DNA from: an uncultured Actinomycetota bacterium
Lineage (GTDB): Bacteria; Actinomycetota; Actinomycetes; Actinomycetales; CAWJMD01
DNA: 64,000 bases
NCBI GenBank assembly: GCA_963700925.1
Contig: OY969553.1
Coordinates: 1,612,459-1,676,458 of the forward strand
Direction of reading: 5' to 3'
This document shows, piece by piece, positions 44,447 to 52,410 of the stretch (the first letter of the stretch is position 1; each line of letters begins with the position of its first letter). A program made the translations under genes and the position numbers. The notes below the pieces were generated by a model. That model was not told where the DNA came from and searched no databases. It was given only the letters and a program-made list of their open reading frames with translations.

Positions 44447-45462
44447 TTGGCTACCTCGTCGATGCGCACTGGACGGCCGGAACGGGCGGACTCGGCGGCG
44501 GCCAGGGCGATCGCCAGCGCCGCGCGGGCGTCCTCGCCCGTCACCGGGGCTGGGCTGTGCGTGCGGACGGCGTCGACGAACGCGGCCAGCTCGGCCGTGT
44601 AGGCGGGGGCGAAAAGTTCCTGGTCGCCGCGGACCGTCTCGCTCAGGCGCCCAGCGGCGCCGGAGAACGTCATGGTGGTGCGCCGGCCGTGGCCCATGGT
44701 CGCCATTCCGCCGGAGCCGAAGACTTCGCCGCGGACGTCGTAGCCGTAGGTGGCGTGGAAGCACGCCTCGGCGGTGCCGACCGCACCGTTGTCGAAGCGG
44801 ACGGTGACCACCGCGGTGTCGAGCAGGCCTTGGTCCCGCCAATCCGGTTCGACCAGGGCGTCCCCGACCGCGAACACGTCGACCACCTCGGCGCCGGGGT
44901 TGAGGAACCGCAGCGTGTCGAAGTCGTGGATCAGCGTCTCGAAGAAGATCGTGTTGGGTCTTACCTGCGCCGGGTCGAAGCCGCCGGGATCGCGGGTCAC
45001 AGAGCGCAGCAGCCGAGGGGTTCCGATCTGGCCGTGGTCGAGCAGGCCTCGTGCCGCCGCCCAGTCGGCGGCGAAACGCCGGTTGAATCCGACCTGCAGG
45101 ACGACGTCCGCCGCTCGGGCCGCGTCGATGGCGCGGTCCGCGTCGGCCAGGCTAAGTGCCATCGGCTTCTCGCAGAACACCCCCTTACCCGCAGCCGCGG
45201 CCGCTGCCACCAGGTCTGCGTGGAACCGGGCCGGGGCCGCGATCACCACCGCGTCGACCTGCGGATCCGCCCACACGTCGGCAGCATCGACGTACGCTCG
45301 TTCGGCCCCCAGCACGTCCGCCAGGTGTTGTGCGGCACCCGGCGCGGGATCGGCGACGGCGACCAATCGGGAACCCCGAAGTCGCCGGCTCACTGTCTCG
45401 CCGTGAAAAGAACCCATCCGCCCCGAGCCGATCAGTGCCAGCCCGACGTCGTCGCCGTTCAT
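44443..45462 (-). CDS. Gfo/Idh/MocA family oxidoreductase (inositol dehydrogenase-like)
   Basis: 339 aa. Rossmann LALIGSGRMG, plus FCEKPMA and QVGFNRRF. Confidence 0.85.
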   Translation of the reverse strand: MNGDDVGLALIGSGRMGSFHGETVSRRLRGSRLVAVADPAPGAAQHLADVLGAERAYVDAADVWADPQVDAVVIAAPARFHADLVAAAAAAGKGVFCEKPMALSLADADRAIDAARAADVVLQVGFNRRFAADWAAARGLLDHGQIGTPRLLRSVTRDPGGFDPAQVRPNTIFFETLIHDFDTLRFLNPGAEVVDVFAVGDALVEPDWRDQGLLDTAVVTVRFDNGAVGTAEACFHATYGYDVRGEVFGSGGMATMGHGRRTTMTFSGAAGRLSETVRGDQELFAPAYTAELAAFVDAVRTHSPAPVTGEDARAALAIALAAAESARSGRPVRIDEVAK

Positions 45463-45475
45463 CTGCTCTCCATGA

Positions 45476-45489
45476 CTAGAACGTTATAG
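45476..45489. promoter_or_regulatory. LacI-type operator candidate O1 (CTAGAACGTTATAG)
   Basis: 12 of 14 positions are self-palindromic around a central CG. It is the exact reverse complement of 45536-45549. It lies in the divergent promoter region between the 45462 operon and the LacI gene. Confidence 0.55.
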
Positions 45490-45535
45490 ACCTTGAGCGT
45501 GCGGCAGCACGTGTTGCCCTGTCAAGACTCAGCGC

Positions 45536-45549
45536 CTATAACGTTCTAG
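45536..45549. promoter_or_regulatory. LacI-type operator candidate O2 (CTATAACGTTCTAG)
   Basis: Perfect reverse complement of O1, centred 60 bp away. It abuts or overlaps the GTG 45549 alternative start of the LacI gene. Confidence 0.55.
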
Positions 45550-45572
45550 TGTTTGACTGGTATGCTCGGCCG

Positions 45573-46634
45573 ATGCGTAGCGGAGATCGGCGGCCGACTC
45601 TCGCGGACGTCGCCGCCCGAGCCGGGGTGTCGACCGCTCTGGTGTCGATCGTCATGCGTGATGCGCCGGGTGCAAGTGCCGCGACCCGGCAACGGGTCCT
45701 CGACGTCGCGACCCAGCTCGGATATCACCCCGACAGCCGTGCCCGCCTGTTGCGTAGCGGTCGCAGCCGTCTGCTAGGGGTGGTGTTCGGCGTCCAGCAC
45801 CCTTTTCACGCCGATCTCGTCACCGGTCTTTACTCTGCGGCAGCGAATCTCGGGTACGAGCTGACCCTCAGTGCCGTCACCCGGCAGCGCAGCGAACGCA
45901 CGGCGATCGCTGGACTCCTGCAAGACCGTTGTGAGGCCCTGATCCTGCTGGGCCCTCAGGTTCCCACGTCCGACCTGGCCGACCTGGCGACGCGGATGCC
46001 CGTGGTGGTCATGGCCCGCGGCGTCCGGAACCCGGCAGTCGACGTGATCCGCACCGCGGACAGCGTCGGCCTGCACCAGGCCGTGGACCACCTCGTCCAG
46101 CTCGGCCACCACAGAATCACTCACATCGACGGTGGACGGGCACCCGGAGCCGCAGAACGTCGCCGCGGATACCGCGACGCAATGCACCGGCACGGCCTCG
46201 ACTCCCACGCCCGCATTGTCGGCGGCGGGCTCACCGAGGAAGACGGCGCTACCGCCGCCCAAGCGCTCTTCGACCATTCACCGACTGCGGTCACCGTGTT
46301 CAACGACCTCTGCGCCACTGGGGTCCTCGACGTCCTACGCCGGGCCGGGCTGTCCGTACCCGATGAGATCAGCGTCGTTGGCTACGACGACAGCAGCCTC
46401 GCCCGCCTGGCGCACATCAACCTCACCACCGTCGCGCAGGACTCAGCGACCATGACCACCCTCGCGGTAGCCCGGGCTGTCGACCGGATCATGGCCGCAC
46501 ACGTCGCCCACCGCGAAGTCATCGTGCCGCCCCACCTCGTCATCCGCGGGACCACCGGACCATCAAACAGTGACAGCGCGCACAGCCAGTCCTCGCCGAC
46601 CAGGACCACGCGGCGTCGCTCCGCCCGAACGTAA
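45573..46634 (+). CDS. LacI-family transcriptional regulator
   Basis: Track ORF 45549..46634; ATG 45573 preferred because GTG 45549 lies inside operator O2. HTH PTLADVAARAGVSTALVSIVMRD..SAATRQRVLDVATQLGYHPD, followed by a periplasmic-binding-fold body. Confidence 0.85.
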   Translation: MRSGDRRPTLADVAARAGVSTALVSIVMRDAPGASAATRQRVLDVATQLGYHPDSRARLLRSGRSRLLGVVFGVQHPFHADLVTGLYSAAANLGYELTLSAVTRQRSERTAIAGLLQDRCEALILLGPQVPTSDLADLATRMPVVVMARGVRNPAVDVIRTADSVGLHQAVDHLVQLGHHRITHIDGGRAPGAAERRRGYRDAMHRHGLDSHARIVGGGLTEEDGATAAQALFDHSPTAVTVFNDLCATGVLDVLRRAGLSVPDEISVVGYDDSSLARLAHINLTTVAQDSATMTTLAVARAVDRIMAAHVAHREVIVPPHLVIRGTTGPSNSDSAHSQSSPTRTTRRRSART

Positions 46635-47024
46635 GAACGTGCACTACCGCGCCGGAGTCCCAGTCGAGGCGCTCCGCCAACCACGCCCATGTAAGGCCAC
46701 GCGCAATGCCCCCAGCCCTGGACGCGGGTTTCGAGTCTCCTCGGACTGAATCGTTACGGAGTGATCGGCTAACGGCGAAGCGCAGTACGCGGTCGAGAAC
46801 ATGCGGGAGCGCCCATACAAGGGGCACCGCAAGCACCGTTCTCACTGACACGCCTTGCCCTGCTGGGTGTCAAGCAGTTCGTGCTACAGGCCGGGCAAAC
46901 GACTCGATCATGGTGATATCCACCGAGGAGGCGACCCGGCCCATTGAGCCGAGCAGACCGGCTTCGCGCGGACGGCGCCCGGAGGCCCAGGGGTACCCGC
47001 AGTCGTCCTCGCGCGGAGGCAGTC

Positions 47025-47714
47025 ATGGCGACCGATTTCCCCCAGTCCCTGCCGGTGCTCTCACGGGGCAAGCACCGCGGCCCACGCCGCGGCGCCTGCT
47101 TCATGGAGTTCGCGGCGTTTCTCGTCGGCGAGCGATGGAGCGACCATCCCAGTGCACGCACCCCCTGCTCGCCACTCTGGCCCGGTGCGTCAGCGACCTG
47201 ACCTCGGACACCGCCCGTCCGCTGCTGGCACGCTGATCCCGTCCGTGATCGGCCTGACCAGTGAAGACCTGCGAGTGGACGCGCGCATCGCCCTGGTGAC
47301 GGCACGCGCGGCCCAGCCGGTGGTGGCCGAGGAACGGCAGCGAGTGCTCGCGGTCGGGGTCCAGACCACCGAGCGCGTGCTGGCCGATCTCGACGGCCGG
47401 CCTTCCGACGACATGGAGGCTGTGACCCGGGACGCGCTGCGCTCCGTGCCTCACGCGGCACAGTGGGCCAGGAGCTTCAGCAAGCTCGCAGGGTCGGGAG
47501 GCCGCGCGACTTCCGCCGCTTCGCAGCCCCGTGCATCGTCACGAGCGCCGCTCAGGGCATCGCCGTCGCGTGCGTCAGCGAGCGCGAGGCGCGCCTGCAT
47601 GCTCTGCTCAGCGACGCCATCGACGAGTGCCAGGCCCTCGTGCATCCGGTGGCGGAAGACACGCGTCACACCTGGGAGGACGCGTGCCAGCTGACGGGGG
47701 TGGCAGGCGCCTAG
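47025..47714 (+). pseudogene. Conserved-hypothetical gene broken by three -1 frame changes
   Basis: ATG 47025 with GGAGG upstream. The reading continues sensibly only by hopping frames. MATDFPQSLPVLSRGKHRGPRRGACFMEFAAFLVGERWSDHP is in the frame of ORF 46944. CTHPLLATLARCVSDLTSDTARPLLA is in the frame of ORF 46706. LIPSVIGLTSEDLRVDARIALVTARAAQP..AAQWARSF is in the frame of ORF 47152. ..FAAPCIVTSAAQGIAVACVSEREARLHALLSDAIDECQAL is in the frame of ORF 47463. The shifts fall near 47148-47150 (CCC run), about 47233, and 47463-47520. Confidence 0.6.
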
Positions 47715-47745
47715 AGGCACCACAATGGGGCCTGGCGCTCCTCGG

Positions 47746-48489
47746 TCAGTGCTCGGCCAGTGTCAGGGAGAAGGTGTAGCGGGACGCTCGGTAGACATGG
47801 CTGCCGTACTCCACGGCGCGCCCCGAGTCGTCGAACGCCGTGCGCGTCATCGTCAGCAGGGCGGCGTGGCGTGTCTCCCCCAGCAGCCGGGCCTCCGCGG
47901 CGGTAGCACTGCGAGCGCCGATGCTCTGGTCGGCCTGGTGGATGTGGACCCCTGCGGCCCGGAGCAGCTCGTACAGCCCCCGTTCCTCGAGGTCCTTCGC
48001 CTCCAGGCTCTCGATGCTGGGCGGTAGGTAGTTCGTCAGCAGGGCGATGGGCTCGTCGTCCGCGAACCGCAGCCGCCGCAGGTACACGACCGGGGAGCCC
48101 TCCGCGACGGACAGCGCGGTGGACACGTCACCCTCCGCCGCGACCGTCTCGACCTCCAGCACCTGCGTGCGAGGGTGCCGCCCGGTCGCGGCCAGGTCGT
48201 CGTGGAGGCTGGTCAGCTCGAGCGGGCGCCGGACCTGGGCACGCACGACCTGCGTTCCGACGCCCCTCTTGCGGACGAGCAGCCCGCGCTGGACGAGGTA
48301 GTCGATGGCCTGGCGCATGGTCGGACGCGAGACGCCGAGATCGCCCGCGAGACCGATCTCGTTGCCGAGCAGGGAGCCCGCCGGGATGTGGCCTTGCTCG
48401 ATGTGCTGCTGAAGCGCCTGTGCCACTTGGTAGTACAGCGGGATCGGGCTCGTCCGGTCGACGGTCACAAGGTCGGCCATACCCACCAT
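47746..48489 (-). CDS. GntR-family (HutC subfamily, UTRA domain) regulator, probable inositol-cluster repressor
   Basis: Track ORF 47746..48546; ATG 48489 with GGGAGGGG upstream. HTH LGNEIGLAGDLGVSRPTMRQAIDYLVQRGLLVRKRGVGTQV. Divergent from the iol operon. Confidence 0.85.
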   Translation of the reverse strand: MVGMADLVTVDRTSPIPLYYQVAQALQQHIEQGHIPAGSLLGNEIGLAGDLGVSRPTMRQAIDYLVQRGLLVRKRGVGTQVVRAQVRRPLELTSLHDDLAATGRHPRTQVLEVETVAAEGDVSTALSVAEGSPVVYLRRLRFADDEPIALLTNYLPPSIESLEAKDLEERGLYELLRAAGVHIHQADQSIGARSATAAEARLLGETRHAALLTMTRTAFDDSGRAVEYGSHVYRASRYTFSLTLAEH

Positions 48490-48655
48490 CTCGATCCCCT
48501 CCCGTCTGCTCCGAACGCAGTATGACAGTCCCACCCGACCATGCACGACAGCAAGACGTCAGAATGTCCTGACAAACTCTTGACATGCCTACGGTGGAGG
48601 AAAGAGACTCGAGCAGCAACACTCCGGACACGGCATCGACACTCAGGAGCAACGC

Positions 48656-49657
48656 ATGCGGGTGGCCTTCGCGGGAGCGGGACGGATCGGCACCGCCCAT
48701 GCGCAGGTGGTCCGCGACCACCCAGACGTGGACGCCGTCGTCCTGAGTGACGCCGACCCGGCCAGGGCCGAGGCCCTGGCCACCAAGCTGGGCGTCGAGG
48801 CAGCGCAGTCCGTCGACAAGGCACTCGCGGGGGCCGACGCGCTGGTTGTCGCCGCAAGCACCGCCGCCCACGCCGACCTCGTCCTGCGCGGCGTCCGCGC
48901 TGGTGTCCCGGTGTTCTGCGAGAAGCCGTTGGCGCCCGACGTCGCCGGCAGCCGCCGCGTCGTGGCCGAGGTCGAGAACGCCGGGGCCACAGTGCAGGTC
49001 GGCTTCCAACGCCGCTTCGACAGCGGCTACGGCGCGGCACGGGCAGCCCTGCGTGACGGGAGGCTCGGCGAGCTGCGGCGCGTGCACCTGCTCACCGCGG
49101 ACCAGGCGCCACCGCCCGCCGAGTACATCCCCTTGTCCGGAGGGATCTTCCGCGACTGCCACGTGCACGACTTCGACATGCTCCGGTGGGTCACGGGCCG
49201 CGAGGTGGTCGAGGTGACAGCCCTGGGCGTGAACCGCGGCGCGGCCTACTTCGCGGAGGGCGGCGACGTCGACGAGTCCGCCGGGCTGTTGACCCTCGAC
49301 GACGGCACGCTGGTCACCATGCAGGGATCCCGCTACAACGGTGCCGGCCACGACATCCGGATGGAGCTGGCGGGAACGCGCGGCACCGCCGTCGTCGGAC
49401 TGTCCGAGCGGACGCCCGTGGTGTCCGCCGAGCAGGACCAGACCTTCCCGGACGGCGAGCCCTGGCCCAACTACTGGGCGCGGTTCACACCCGCGTACGT
49501 CGCCGAGCTGCAGGCGTTCGTCGCGCTGGTGCAGGGGCGTCGCGACAACCCCTGCTCGGTGACCGAGGCGCTCGAGGCCTTCTACGTCGCGGAGGCAGCG
49601 ACCGTCTCGTGGCTCGAGCACCGGACCGTCACGCTCGACGAGGTGCGTGCGGCATGA
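48656..49657 (+). CDS. Gfo/Idh/MocA oxidoreductase (second inositol dehydrogenase-like paralogue)
   Basis: 333 aa. Motifs VAFAGAGRIG, FCEKPLA, QVGFQRRFD. Confidence 0.85.
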   Translation: MRVAFAGAGRIGTAHAQVVRDHPDVDAVVLSDADPARAEALATKLGVEAAQSVDKALAGADALVVAASTAAHADLVLRGVRAGVPVFCEKPLAPDVAGSRRVVAEVENAGATVQVGFQRRFDSGYGAARAALRDGRLGELRRVHLLTADQAPPPAEYIPLSGGIFRDCHVHDFDMLRWVTGREVVEVTALGVNRGAAYFAEGGDVDESAGLLTLDDGTLVTMQGSRYNGAGHDIRMELAGTRGTAVVGLSERTPVVSAEQDQTFPDGEPWPNYWARFTPAYVAELQAFVALVQGRRDNPCSVTEALEAFYVAEAATVSWLEHRTVTLDEVRAA

Positions 49658-50634
49658 GTACTACACGCCAGGCGTACGACCTGATCACCGTCGGCCGGAT
49701 CTGCGTCGACATCTACCCGCTGCAGACCGGTGTCGGCCTGGAGGACGTCGAGACCTTCGGCAAGTACCTCGGCGGCTCGGCGACGAACGTCGCCGTGGCC
49801 GCAGCCCGCTACGGGCGCAGGAGCGCGGTGGTCACGGCCACCGGCGACGACGCGTTCGGCCGGTACATCCACCGGGCTCTGCGCGGCTTCGGTGTGGACG
49901 ACCGCTGGGTCTCCTCCGTCCCCGAGCTCATGACGCAGGTGACGTTCTGCGAGATCTTTCCTCCGGACGACTTTCCCCTGTACTTCTACGGGCGCCAGCC
50001 GACCGCAGCAGACCTCCAGATCACCGCCGCCGACCTGGACCTGCAGGCCATCATGGAGGCGGGGGTCTTCTGGGTGACCCTGACCGGGATGTCGGCGGAG
50101 CCCAGCCGTGCCACGCACCTCGCCGCCCTGACGGCCCGCAACCGCCGCTCGCACACCGTCGTTGACCTGGACTACCGCCCCATGTTCTGGGCTTCCCGCC
50201 ACGAGGCCCGCGAACAGGCGGAGCGACTCCTCGCGAACGCCACCGTCGCCGTCGGCAACCTCGACGAGTGCGAGACGGCCGTGGGGGAGCGCGATCCTCA
50301 GCGGGCGGCAGCCGCCCTGCTCGACCGGGGCGTGGAGCTCGCGATCGTGAAGCAGGGACCCAAGGGGGTCCTCGCCAGGACGGCGCGCGAGACGGTCGAG
50401 GTGCCGCCACACGTCGTGGAGGTCGTCAACGGCCTCGGCGCCGGAGACGCCTTCGGCGGCGCCCTCTGTCACGGCCTGCTCGCCGGCTGGTCGCTGGAGC
50501 AGACCGTGGGCTTCGCCAACGTGGCAGGCGCGATCGTCGCCTCCCGTCTGGAGTGCTCCTCGGCGATGCCGACCGAGGACGAGGTGCGGGCCGAGCTGTC
50601 CGGTCAGACGAAGGAGAACAGCGTTGTCCGTTGA
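49654..50634 (+). CDS. iolC: 5-dehydro-2-deoxygluconokinase
   Basis: ATG 49654 forms ATGA with the upstream stop. PfkB kinase motifs: DLITVGRICVDIYP, GGSATNVAVAAARYG, DLDYRPMFW, GLGAGDAFGGAL. Confidence 0.85.
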   Translation: MSTTRQAYDLITVGRICVDIYPLQTGVGLEDVETFGKYLGGSATNVAVAAARYGRRSAVVTATGDDAFGRYIHRALRGFGVDDRWVSSVPELMTQVTFCEIFPPDDFPLYFYGRQPTAADLQITAADLDLQAIMEAGVFWVTLTGMSAEPSRATHLAALTARNRRSHTVVDLDYRPMFWASRHEAREQAERLLANATVAVGNLDECETAVGERDPQRAAAALLDRGVELAIVKQGPKGVLARTARETVEVPPHVVEVVNGLGAGDAFGGALCHGLLAGWSLEQTVGFANVAGAIVASRLECSSAMPTEDEVRAELSGQTKENSVVR

Positions 50635-51508
50635 CGTGCGCAGCCTCGTCCTGACCAGGGCCACCCGCCCGGAGGCGGTCGCCGAGCTGGCTGCCGCCCG
50701 CCGTCGTCCCGCGTCCCTCCTCGGCCCCACCGGCCGCCTGATGGTGATCGCCGCCGACCACCCGGCCAGAGGGGCCTTGCGGGCCGGGCCGAACCCCATG
50801 GCCATGGCCGACCGGGCTGACCTGCTGGAGCGGCTCTGCATCGCCCTGGAGCGGCCCGAGGTCAACGGTGTGCTCGGCACCGCAGACATCCTCGAGGACC
50901 TGCTCCTGCTGGGGGCGACCGAGGACAAGGTGGTGGTCGGGTCGATGAACCGTGGTGGCCTCGCTGGCACCACGTTCGAGATCGACGACCGGTTCACCGG
51001 GTACGACGCACCGAGCATCGACGAGTACCGCTTCGACGCGGGCAAGATGCTGCTCCGCATCGATCCGGAGGACCCGGCCACCGCGGCGACCCTGGAGGCC
51101 TGCTCCCGCGCCATCTCGGACCTCGCGTCCCGCGGGCTGATGGCCATGGTGGAGCCGTTCATCTCCCACCGGGTCGACGGCCGCGTGCGCAACGACCTCT
51201 CCGCCGAGGCAGTGACCCGTTCCGTCACCGTCGCCGCAGGGCTGGGCACGACCTCGGCGCACACGTGGCTCAAGCTGCCCGTCGTCAGCGACGGCGTCGA
51301 GGGCATGGAACAGGTGCTGGGGGCCTCGACGCTGCCCGCTCTGCTGCTCGGCGGGGAGGTTCCGGAGGACCCGGACGCTGCGTTCGCGGCCTGGGAGACG
51401 GTGCTCAAGCACCCGACCGTCCAGGGGCTCGTCGTCGGCCGGTCGCTGCTGTACCCCGCCGACGGCGACGTCGCCGGTGCCGTCGCGACGGCGGTGAGCC
51501 TGCTGTGA
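50624..51508 (+). CDS. Class I (DhnA/DeoC-type TIM-barrel) aldolase, probable 5-dehydro-2-deoxyphosphogluconate aldolase
   Basis: TTG 50624 with AAGGAG upstream; 294 aa. It occupies the position between iolC and iolB seen in actinobacterial iol clusters. The function is inferred from context. Confidence 0.6.
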   Translation: MSVDVRSLVLTRATRPEAVAELAAARRRPASLLGPTGRLMVIAADHPARGALRAGPNPMAMADRADLLERLCIALERPEVNGVLGTADILEDLLLLGATEDKVVVGSMNRGGLAGTTFEIDDRFTGYDAPSIDEYRFDAGKMLLRIDPEDPATAATLEACSRAISDLASRGLMAMVEPFISHRVDGRVRNDLSAEAVTRSVTVAAGLGTTSAHTWLKLPVVSDGVEGMEQVLGASTLPALLLGGEVPEDPDAAFAAWETVLKHPTVQGLVVGRSLLYPADGDVAGAVATAVSLL

Positions 51509-52410
51509 GCACCCAGCTCGCCTCGACACGGCTCCACCTGCCGGCCGGCAGCGCCACTCGTGCTCCCTACTCGCTCGAGGTGACCCCGGCCACCGCCGGG
51601 TGGGGCTACTCGTCACTGCGGGTGCTCGAGCTGGAGGCGCTTGCCTCGCACCGGTTCTCGACCGGCGACGAGGAGATGGTCATCCTGCCGCTGGCCGGGT
51701 CCTGCACGGTCGCGTGCGACGGGCAGCGGTTCGACCTGCACGGCCGCGACGACGTGTTCAGCGGCGTCAGCGACTTCGCCTACGTCCCGCGGGACGCGGA
51801 CGTGGAGATCACGTCGGAAGGGGGCGGCCGGTTCGCACTCCCGGGCGCCGTCTGCACCCGCCGGCTGCAGCCCCGGTACGGAGCGGCGGCCGACGTCCCG
51901 GTCGAGGTGCGGGGGAGCGGTGCGTGCAGCCGTCAGGTCGACAACTTCTGCTCGGCGGACTCCTTCGACGCCGACCGGCTGATTGCCGTCGAGGTCCTCA
52001 CCCCAGGAGGCAACTGGTCGTCCTACCCGCCGCACAAGCACGACGAGGCACGGCCGGGCGAGGAGTCCGAGCTCGAGGAGATCTACTACTTCGAGGTCGC
52101 CGCCGGACCGAACGGGCCGGGTCTGGGATACCACCGCGTCTACGGGACGGCAGAGCGTCCGATCGACGTGCTGGCCGAGGTGCGGGACCGCGATGTCGTG
52201 CTGGTGCCCCACGGGTGGCACGGCCCGTCAATCGCGGCACCGGGGTACGACCTCTACTACCTGAACGTGATGGCGGGCCCCGGAGACGAGCGGTCCTGGC
52301 TGATCTGCGACGACCCGAGGCACGCCTGGGTCCGCGACGCATGGGCCGAGCAGGTCGTCGACCCTCGCCTTCCCCTGACCTCCCCGACTCCGAAGAGGAG
52401 CGCCCGATGA
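51505..52410 (+). CDS. iolB: 5-deoxy-glucuronate isomerase
   Basis: GTG 51505 forms GTGA with the upstream stop. Cupin motifs WSSYPPHKHDE, EEIYYFEV, VPHGWHGP, LYYLNVMAGP. Confidence 0.85.
   Translation: MSTQLASTRLHLPAGSATRAPYSLEVTPATAGWGYSSLRVLELEALASHRFSTGDEEMVILPLAGSCTVACDGQRFDLHGRDDVFSGVSDFAYVPRDADVEITSEGGGRFALPGAVCTRRLQPRYGAAADVPVEVRGSGACSRQVDNFCSADSFDADRLIAVEVLTPGGNWSSYPPHKHDEARPGEESELEEIYYFEVAAGPNGPGLGYHRVYGTAERPIDVLAEVRDRDVVLVPHGWHGPSIAAPGYDLYYLNVMAGPGDERSWLICDDPRHAWVRDAWAEQVVDPRLPLTSPTPKRSAR

Noticed and set aside
46690-46760. tRNA-like T-arm string GCGGGTTTCGAGTCTCC
   Set aside because: The flanking bases do not pair into a T stem or acceptor stem, and no cloverleaf can be drawn.
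48558-48585. GTCAGaatgtcCTGAC inverted repeat and TTGACA hexamer upstream of the iol operon as GntR operator / -35 box
   Set aside because: The location is plausible, but the arms are only 5 bp and I found no matching TANNNT -10 at proper spacing. This is not enough to annotate.
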